DNA from: Chiloscyllium plagiosum
Lineage: Eukaryota
Direction: 5' to 3'
DNA length: 60,000 nt
Assembly: GCF_004010195.1 (NCBI RefSeq)
Contig: NC_057751.1
Location: 9,747,457 to 9,807,456 of the forward strand
Below, in pieces: positions 50,883 to 60,000 of the stretch; position 1 is the stretch's first letter; every line of letters begins with the position of its first letter. Made by a program: the position numbers and the translations under genes. Under the pieces are notes generated by a model, which saw only the letters and a list, made by a program, of their open reading frames with translations, was not told the DNA's origin and ran no database searches.

Positions 50883-50996
50883 TTATTCCTTATTCCCTGC
50901 TTCCTCATCTCTACCCTCTATTGCAGTGAATTCCAGGCTGTCCCGCTCAGCGGTGTAATGATGAGTATTCACAGCATTGTCCTGAGACAAAATTGC
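50883..50996 (-). CDS. SLC18A1: SLC18A1/VMAT1 last exon
   Basis: caacag|AILSQDNAVNTHHYTAERDSLEFTAIEGRDEEAGNKE*. AILSQD matches the VMAT1 tail (VMAT2 has AILMDH). Minus-strand AATAAA at 50882, 50871 and 50740. Confidence 0.9.
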   Translation of the reverse strand, partial: AILSQDNAVNTHHYTAERDSLEFTAIEGRDEEAGNKE

Positions 50997-51809
50997 CTGT
51001 TGATAAAAGCAAAATAGTTAGTGTTGGACATCCAATAAAAATTTACCCTGTTTTACCCGTCCAAAATAAACTCATGTTTCCATGAAAAAAGAGGATTGAA
51101 TAATTATCTACAGATGTTCATATATCAATATCGCAGTCTTCTTCCAGGAATGCATCCAGTGCATTCACGCTGCTCAAAAGGAGAGAACTCACATTCATCT
51201 CGTGTCCTTCATGACCTCAGAACTTTTTCAAACCCCTCACAACCAATGAGGCACTTTTGAAGTGGAGTCATTGTTCCAGGATTGGCAACATGACCATTTG
51301 CTCAAGGCAAGGTCTTATAAACAGCAATGTGACAGTGACCTAGTGGTCTGCAATTTGGATTGAGGGATAAGCATTTTGCAAGGATACTGTAGGTAACTCC
51401 CCTGCTCACCTTTGAATACTACCAGGAGATATTTTCTGTTTATCTGTAGGAGAAACAGCCTTCATCTCACAGGTCATCCGAAAAAACCCAAAAGAATCTA
51501 AACCATTGGAGGATGGGACGAATTGAAGATCATCTGATCCTCAGCCAACAATATTATTCATTTATCAGAGATGTGTTGTGAATTTTGGTTTGTTTGAAAC
51601 TTCTTTCCAATGGTGTGACCATACACTGAGGCCTAAACATTAATGGACTGTGGAATGATCTGATCATCCCAAGAAAACAGGAATACATTAACCAGAAAAT
51701 CACCCCACTGGGTTTTAAGCCAGACCAGCATAGAGATAAGTCAGCCTTCTCTTCTTGGAAAAATATCCCTCGATATGCCTGGAATGAAAACCATTCAGTG
51801 GTTTCCATA

Positions 51810-53160
51810 AGACCATAAGATATGGGAGTGGAACTTGGCCTTTTAGCATACTGAGTCTGCTCTTACCTTTGATCATGGCTGATATGTTTCTCAACACCAT
51901 TCTCCTGCCTCCTCCCCATAACCATTCATCCCCTTACTTACCAAGAACCTATTGATCTCTGTCTTAAATACAGTCAATGACTTGACCTCTGCAGACTTTG
52001 CAGCAATGAGTTTCACAAATTGACCACCCTCTGACTGATTAAATTTGTCTTCATCCCAGTTCAAAAGGGTCATCCCTTCACTTTGAGGCTATGCACTTGG
52101 GTCCTAGTCTCTCCTGCTATTGGATCTTCTCCACATCCACCCTCTCCAGACCTCTCAGTATCCTGTAAATTTCAATCCGATCCGCACCCCCCCCCCCCCC
52201 CCCCCCCGACCCCCTTATCCTGCTAAACTCAAGCCAGACCCAGAGTTCTCAACTACCCCTCATATGACAAGCCCTTTATCCCGCGTATCATTCTTGTAAG
52301 TCCCCTGTGGACGCCATCCGACACCAATCCATCCTTCCTTTGTTATGGGGCTGAACATTGCTCACAATATTCCAAATATGGTCTGACCAGAGCCTTGTAC
52401 AGCCTCTGCAGTACATTTCTGCTCTGTGTTCTTGCTCTCTCAAACTTAATGCTGACATTGCATTTGCCTTTTGAACTGCCAACTGAACCTGCAAGTTTAG
52501 CTCAAGAGAATCCTGAACTAGGACTCCCAAGTCCCCTTGTACTTCAGATTTTCTAAGTCTTTCCCTGTTTAGAAAATGATTCATACCTCCATTCTTCCTA
52601 TCAAAGTGCATAATCTTACACTTCCCTCCATTGTATTCCATCTGCCACTTCTTTGCCCACTCTCCAAGCCTTTTCAAGTCCCTCTGCAGCCTCAACACAA
52701 CCTGCCCCTCCACCTATCTTTGCATCATCTGCAAATTTAGCAATAGTGCCCTCAGCTCCATCATCCAAATCATTAATGTAGAATGTGATTGGTTGTGGTC
52801 ACAACACAGACACCCGTGGAACTCCACTAGTCACTGGTTGCCATCCTGAAAAAGACCCTATTTCTACACTATGTCTTCTGCCAGTCAGCCAATCCTCTAT
52901 CCATGCCAGTAGCTTGCCCCGAACACCATCGGCTCTGATCTTACTTAGCAGCCTCTTGTGCTGTACCTTGTCGAAGGCCAAATAGATCATATTTACTGGC
53001 TCTCCTTCGTCAAACTTGACAGTTACTTCCTCAATAACAGATTTGTCTGACATGACCTCCTCTTGACGAAGCCATGCCTGACTCAACCCTATTTGACCAC
53101 GCACTTCCAAGTACTTTGCAATCTCATCTTTCTTCACAGAGTATAAAATCTTACCACAGG
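51810..53160 (-). mobile_element. CR1 LINE fragment in the last SLC18A1 intron
   Basis: AFDKVQHKRLL, WIEDWLTGR, SGWQPVTSGVP, WAKKWQMEYN. Confidence 0.9.
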
Positions 53161-54163
53161 TCAGGCTAACCTGCCAGTGAATTGAGAGCAGAATTCTGAT
53201 TGGTTTTGAAGCTCACTTCTGCTTTGCTCATCATTCATTCATTCATTTGCTCTTCCCTAACTTCCCCATTCATTCGCCTCTATCCTAACAATCTTGTTTG
53301 CTCCCACTCACCTATTGGTTGCTGTCAAACTCATTCACTTCATTGACTGTTACTCTTTCCTCTATTGCCCTCACCAGCCTTGGGTGATGGTTTAAGCATC
53401 ACCCAAGGAGGGAGAGGGAGAGGGGGTCATTTCAAGGCTGACCTGTCCCCTTTTGTCTGAGGCGTTAAACCAAGGCTCTGCCTACCTTCTCTGGTGAATG
53501 TGAAGGATCCCACCAAACTATTTCTAAGAACAACAGTAGAGTTATCCCCACTTATTGCACAGTTAACACCATAGAAATGGGTTATCTGGCCATGATGACA
53601 CAGCTGTTTTTGGGAGTTGATCTGGAATTAAGAGTCCAATAGCCATGAAATTATTGTCAATTGTCAGAAAAACCCATCTGGTTCACTGATGTCCTTTGGT
53701 GAAGGAAACTGCCATCTTTACCCAGTATGGCCCACATGGGACTCCAGACCCACAGCAATGTGATTGACTCACAACAGCCTTTTGGACAATTAGAGATGGG
53801 AAATAAATGTTGGCTCAGGTAGCAACACCCACGTCCCCTGAACTAATTAAAAGCTTCCTGTGTACAAATTATCTGCATAGTGTCCTACACGACAACAATG
53901 ACTGCAATTCAAACGTGGTTCATTATCTGTGATGAAGTGGTGATAAAAGTTGCTATAAAAACACAACTTGTTTTTCCAAAAAGCACTCATCCCTTTCCAT
54001 TTTTCCTTCCTTCCTATTTATTTCTTTTCCTCCATTCCTTCCTGCATTCTTTTCAGTCCTTCCTGTGCATCCTTCCTCGTCTCCATCCTTCCCTTCTTCT
54101 GATCCTTCCATTCTCCCCACACCTTCTGGAAGGAAATTGTTTTTATAATATGATGACTCTTAC

Positions 54164-54297
54164 CACTTTCTCTTCTTTGCTCGGGGGATTTCTTAGGAAG
54201 ACACAAAGTGGAGCATAGCATATGTTAATAACTCCGATGATGACCATGAGCCAATGGAATCCAATTGCTTTGACAATAGCTCCTCCCATTGAGGGGC
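54164..54297 (-). CDS. SLC18A1: SLC18A1/VMAT1 exon (TM12)
   Basis: acccag|[46 protein letters not shown]|gtaaga. Human VMAT1 [31 protein letters not shown]. Confidence 0.94.
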
Positions 54298-55378
54298 CTG
54301 GGTGGTAAGCACAACATTTCATTTTTTATGTGAGACAAGCATGTTATACTTGAGATTTCTTTTGAACAGATTCTAAGTCCACACCTTAGTTGAGAACTTA
54401 GTTTCAGTCATCAGACTCCACAAAACTCATACTCACTGATTATTAGCTCCCATATTTATACAAACAATTCTCACCCAATTAATCCTAAACTCAATAGCAT
54501 CCATTACCCATTCCCTTAAACTATTATGTCCCACGCACCCCTTTAGACTGTATTAGATGACAACAATGCACACAGTTTTCATACTTAATTACCTGTCTGC
54601 GAGGGACAGGAGCGGTTCGATTTTGTTTGAGAAAAATGAAACAAAACTGTGCAGGTTATTGACGTATTTGGATCTGCAGAAAACCTTATGACAATAGCTC
54701 ACAGGGAAAATCATGAGTTAAATTAAAATTTATTCAGGATAGACTGTGGCATTGTGGAAGAAATTGATGACAAAACAGAAAACTAAGAATGAGTGAGAGG
54801 TGTGGTGTCAACCTTGAGTTGCAGGGAGGCACTGAGTGGGGTATCAATGGAGTTGACACTTTGACCATGGTGTTTTGACATGACTAATGAATATGAAAAT
54901 TAATTGAAAACTCTACAGTGATGCAGGTAAGTGGTCCCTTCAACCTCTTGCAGTGTTGGCAGGCAAACACTGAATAAGGAAAACATGGGTCTTTTAGCAT
55001 CCAAGAAAGCAGCAACAAGGTCACGTGTTGTGCCCTTGTTGGTTCTTTCTTCGACAACACTTGAAAAGCAAAGGACAGACAGAGGAGTCTCAGATACCAA
55101 TGGAATAGTCATTCAGCAAGAGGCCGTGCCCTCGTGAAAAAAAACAAGAAACTTAGAATTGGAGGAAATGTTGGAACATCATCATTGGATAAAATTGAGA
55201 AGCTGCAGAAGTGAAGGTTGATACACTGTGAGGAACTGTGTAAATTTGCAGTAGTTCAGACCGCTGGAGTGGGAAAGCAAACAGCCCACCTCAGCTTTAT
55301 CACTGGACGCTTTCAGAGAGCTTGAGAGACTTACATTTAAGCAAACATGCATCAAAGAAGACAATCATTTTGACTTAC

Positions 55379-55498
55379 CGATTGCAAATCCTACACAAAG
55401 CGCCACATCAGCGATGGCAAATATACTGCCGTACACAGATACATGACGAATGTCCACCAGGTAACCCATAATGGGAGTCATGGAGGAATCGGTCATTC
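55379..55498 (-). CDS. SLC18A1: SLC18A1/VMAT1 exon (TM10-TM11)
   Basis: gaccag|[42 protein letters not shown]|gtaagt. SLC18 signature LVDxRHxSVYGS. Confidence 0.95.
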
Positions 55499-55544
55499 CT
55501 GGTCATATCAAAAGACACACTCAGAATTCAGGCTGCAACGTTCG

Positions 55545-55808
55545 ATTAGATTCCCTACAGTGCGGAAACAAGTCCACACCGACCCTCCGAAGAATCACCC
55601 ACCCAAACCCATTTCCCTCTGACTAATGCACCTAACACTATGGACAATTTAGCATGGCCAATTCACCTGAACTGCACGTCTTTGGACTGTGGGAGGAAAC
55701 CGGAGGAAACCCATGCAACACAGGGAGAATGTACAAACTCCAAACAGGCAGTCACCCAAGGCTGGAATCGAACCTGGGACCTTGGTGCTGTGAGGCAGCA
55801 GTGCCACC
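55545..55808 (-). mobile_element. HE1-type SINE
   Basis: Homologous to 7985-8287. Confidence 0.82.
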
Positions 55809-57739
55809 CATAAACATGCACAATAATAATTTCTAAATCCAGGATCTGACTGAAGCTGTATCGTATCAAGTATATGTGGGGTTTGGGAGTGTGTCTCCCA
55901 AACCTTCCACTGAACAGCTTTGGGTAACCTCCACTTGCGATCTAGGGAGTCAGTCTTTTCTTTAGGTCTCCCTTAGTGGAAGGATTTCAGCACAGTTCTG
56001 TGCAATTCCGATCTCCATTTCAGCTTAACTTGTGAAACTAAAGGGACCAAGGTTCATCTTGAATCAATTTAGTGAGGACCTGACATTAAAATAGAAGGCT
56101 GTTAAACTTTTGGACTTCGGGAATATTATAATTCCTGAAATAAATTTCTCCCTTCCTGTTTGGCAAGGTGGTCTCCAGCTGAAAGTGGAACAGGCAATTT
56201 CATCACTGGAGTTTCCTGGAAGGATCATTTTAAAGCCTGACCAATTTTGGATTGCACATTCACTTGCACTGTGTCAGCAAGCTCGGTGCCATCATTGGCA
56301 ACCAATTCAATTCCCACCCTCAGACTTGGAGACTAACACTGTTCCTGGTATATGCACTCATGACTTCTCCAAATGTGAGATTCCAACTCAAGTTGAAGCT
56401 TCCTCAGAACTCAGAAAACTTCCTCAGTGATCGAAGTGAAAAATATTCTTGGACTCTTACTTTGGCTGCAATTCCATTGTTGTGGGCAGCTCTAGTTGCT
56501 CCTCAGTAAAGCCAAAACACTCCCAGGAACACCACAGTAACTGCTATTTGTATGAAAGTAACCTTGAGGGGCATTTCAATATCTGTGTGCCTGTTCTGAT
56601 TCACATTGCATTCCATTTCCCTTCAGCCCTGTGCTCATTGAGCTGCTTTGACTCCCTGTCAGGACACATCTTGAATTTCAAAATGTTCACTGTTTTGAAA
56701 CTGGTCCCAAGGCTTTACCCCTCCGTAACTCTATGAAACATTTCATCTCCACAACCCTCTGAGCTATCTACATTCTTCTAACTCTGACCTCTTGTGAACC
56801 TTAATTGCTTAACATATCATATTTACAGCACTTTTTTTTCAGATTTCTAACATCTTCAAGATTTGCTTTCAGTTTAGTTGCCTCATCATTGGTGGTTGCA
56901 CCTTCAGTGTCTCTGTGATAGTCTGAAATTCCCTTCCTACACATCTTGTCCTCATTTTTCTATCTTTAAGACACTCTTGCCAAAACCTACCTCTTGTATC
57001 AAGCATTTGGTCTTCATGCCTCATTATGTGGCTCAGTCCCATCTTGTGTTTTATAATTCCCCTCTGTCATGCATTTGAATTTTTTTATCACATTGTTAAA
57101 CTGGTGTCCACTTACATTGGAGAAGGGGTTTCAGAACAAGAGGAGTGCACTGTCATACGGTGCACAATATTACATTGTTCCAATGTCGTTTTGAGGCCAT
57201 ACGATCAGGCTTTTTAAAACTTCCTTCACAGAATGTGGGTATCACTGACTGATCCAGCATTTATTGCCCATCCCTAGTTGCCCTTGAGCTGCTGTAAATC
57301 AAACCATTGGAGTTGCTGGAAGGGACGTTTGTGAACATGAAGGTGACGGTAAATTTTTGACTTCGAGCCAGTCGAAATCAAAAAGAAATTATCCTTAAAA
57401 ATGATTTTTTACTATATGATATACACAGGATATCAAGATTAATATCCATCCTAAAATTGCTTCCCTTGAGCCTCTTCTCACCTTTCCTCATCGAACACGA
57501 TGAGATTAGATAGTATTCTGTTCTCTTCTCTCGTGCTTATGGTGAATAACCTCCCTGAACTACATCTCAGCCCCTCCCTGTGAGAGCAAGTTCCACATTC
57601 TCACCACTGCTGCTGAAGAAGTTCCTTCAGAGTTTCTGATTTGCATTCTTTCCATGACACTTATCTTTATGGCCTCTGCTGCTCTTCTCAACAAGTCTGA
57701 ACCGTACTTAATTTTAAATGAATGATTCGATTATCAGAA

Positions 57740-59200
57740 TATAGGAACATCAGAATTATCAGCCCTTCAAGCCCGCTCTGCAATTCAGCATGATCATGCT
57801 AATCTTATCCCGGTCTTAACTTTCTGTCTGCTCCCCATAACCCTTTATCCCGCTCCTTATCAGAAACGTATCTATTTCTTGATTGAATTTGTTGATTGAT
57901 TCTGCCTCCAATGGACTCTGTGGCAGTGAGTTCCACAGCCCGTTGAGAGAAGTAGTTTCTCCTCATCTCTATATCTGTGCCCTCTTGTTTAACACTGTCC
58001 ATAAGGGAGAACATCTGTTCAACACCCACCTTATCAATCATATTTAGCATTTCATATATTTCAATCGAGTACAAGCCCAAGCTATTCAAACACTCCTCAC
58101 ACAACAGCCCTTTCATCCCTGGAACCAAACTTGTGAACCTCCTCTGAACTGCCTGCAGTCCCACCACATTCTTCCTCCAGTAAGAAGAGCAGAACTGGAC
58201 ACAATATTCCAGATGTGATCTCACTGACGCCTTACATAATTGTCACAACACTTCTTTACTTTTATCATTCAGTCCTTTTACAATAAATACCGGGATTCAA
58301 TTTGCCTTGCTTATTGTATGCTACACCTGCAAACCCACTTCCTGCAATTCATACAGAATCAGTCTTTTATGTAACACTTTGTCAAATACCCTCTGGAAGT
58401 CTAGATATACACCAATCACTGAATCCCCTTTATCAATCTTGCTGGTTACATCCTCAAAGAACTTATGCAAATTTGTCAAACACAATTTGCCTTTCATGAA
58501 ACTGTGCTGACATTGGTGAATTGAGCTTTGTTTTCCAAGTGTTCAGTTATCTCCTCCTTTATGATTGACTCCAACAACTTCCCCACTGTCAAGGTCAAAC
58601 CAACTGGTCTATAGTTTCCCAATTTTTTTGCCTGTCTCCTTTTTTGAATAAGGATGTCTAATTAGCCTGTTTCCAATCCACTGGTACCTTTCCAGAATCC
58701 AGGAATTTTGGAAAATCATAACTAATGCATCCACTATCTCTGCTATCATCTCCTTTAATATGCCAGGGTACAGGCCAGTTTACTTAATACCTTCTCCCTA
58801 GTTATAGTAATTTCACCAAGTTCCTCTGTAGTAACTGCAGCTTTTGGGAAGAAATTGTTATTTTCCAACTCTGAAAACCGAGACAAAATATTGGCTTAGT
58901 GCCTGTGCCATTTCTGAGTTACCCATTCTGACTTCCCCACTTTTATCCTCTAAAGAGCCAACATTTACTTTTACTATTCTCTCCCTTTTTACACACTTAT
59001 AAAAGCTTTCATATCAGTGCATATGTTTCTTCTAGTTTCATTCTGTCATCCATCTTAGCCCTTTTGGTTTTGTTTTAAGCAACCCTTTGCTGATATTTAA
59101 AGTTCTCCCAATCCTCCAGAGTGCTTCTAACTTTTGCAGTATGATGTATTTTCTACCTATACATTTTCCTTCACTTCCTTGTTAAGCCATGGATACTTTT
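57740..59200 (-). mobile_element. Degenerate CR1 LINE
   Basis: HLEYCVQFCS...LQAVQRRFTSLVPGM, YFSQRAV and upstream RT remnants. Confidence 0.8.
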
Positions 59201-59374
59201 TCACCTTTTATCTTTCAGCCTCCCTTTACTTGGCACTTTTAAGATTTAAAATGTGAGAGACATGATTTTTGTGAAGACCTAACTAGGTATCTGCAAGGAA
59301 GGTGATAGATATTGAAGGATAACTGGCAAGTCTGTTTCTGACTTGAGATGTATTCACAGTGGTCTGCTACTAAC

Positions 59375-59438
59375 CCAGTGAAAAACCTACTCCACATCCG
59401 GGAACAATGAGCAGAAAAATGTTGGTTGCCAGAGGAAC
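59375..59438 (-). CDS. SLC18A1: SLC18A1/VMAT1 exon (TM9-10 linker, TM10 start)
   Basis: ccttag|VPLATNIFLLIVPGCGVGFSL G|gttagt. Human VMAT1 [22 protein letters not shown]. Confidence 0.88.
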
Positions 59439-59550
59439 CTAAGGCATAAATGAAACAAGGTTAGGGACAAGAAAATTGCACACTCAACTGAAATAAAAAT
59501 GGTACAATGTATCAAGTGAAATAAACTGAAAATCAAACCAAACTTCTTAC

Positions 59551-59602
59551 AGAGATTATACTTATCCCCAAAAGTACCATTCCAACCAGGGCACACAGCC
59601 AC
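59551..59602 (-). CDS. SLC18A1: SLC18A1/VMAT1 exon (TM9); gene continues beyond the window
   Basis: ttgcag|G WLCALVGMVLLGISIIS|gtaaga. Human VMAT1 RWLCSLIGMLVVGTSLLC. Confidence 0.88.
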
Positions 59603-59654
59603 CTGCAAATACACAGAGAGAAAGCATTTTTAAAAAGGTACACACAGATGCAAA

Positions 59655-59795
59655 TTATAGTCAATAGACAATAGGTGCAGGAGTAGGCCATTCAGCCCTT
59701 CGAGCCTGCACCGCCATTCAATATGATCATGGCTGATCATTCCTAATCAGTATCCTCTTCCTGCCTTATCTCCATAACCCTTGATTCCACTATTC
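59655..59795 (-). mobile_element. Young CR1 3' tail
   Basis: caataggtgcaggagtaggccattcagcccttcgagcctgc...ccataacccttgattcc. Confidence 0.7.
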
Positions 59796-60000
59796 CAAAT
59801 TGTTGTGGGAGCGTATTCCTATCACTGAAGCCTTGTTGTTCCATATTTCTTTGAAGTAACAGTGTGATTGTTTTCACTTGAATAAGGCCCTGAAATGAAG
59901 TTTGTACCTTCGCCTTTTCAATCATTGCAGCTGCACTGAATTGAAATAATTGTGGAATTGTGCTTGAAGGATCATATTTATCTGTTGCCTTTATCTCTGC

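Noticed and set aside
51557..51631. Possible alternative last exon for SLC18A1 (ag|ASVYGHTIGKKFQTNQNSQHISDK*)
   Set aside because: The exon at 50883-50996 gives the VMAT1-typical AILSQD and acidic tail. This one has a poor pyrimidine tract and no clear homology.

Overview
Vertebrate nuclear DNA, almost certainly from a shark: it carries HE1-type and Deu-type SINEs, CR1 LINEs and Penelope remnants typical of elasmobranchs. The ORF track is mostly noise because the genes are spliced. Reading splice sites and translating by hand gives five genes in order. (1) The last two coding exons of RNF122 (+). (2) A stand-alone U13/SNORD13 snoRNA with a PSE-type snRNA promoter (+, about 5854-5955). (3) A complete 10-exon MAK16 (+, 10969-29817, 294 aa) with a CpG-island promoter. 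(4) A complete 7-coding-exon TTI2 (-, 31012-35400, 511 aa), tail-to-tail with MAK16. (5) The last five exons of SLC18A1/VMAT1 (-, 50883-59602). The rest is largely mobile-element debris: CR1, SINEs, solo LTRs with 4-5 bp TSDs (one nested in another), and Penelope-like elements. The most notable signals are: short Penelope-derived fold-back insertions with 12-14 bp TSDs carrying minimal hammerhead ribozyme cores, with covarying ACGU/AGCU palindromes across families; an 11-nt copy of the 18S rRNA 3' end just downstream of U13; a VMAT1 with substitutions at several normally conserved gating positions; and a local inverted duplication that preserves an empty insertion site. Homology calls come from recalled protein and RNA sequences, not database searches. 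Repeat boundaries without TSDs are approximate.
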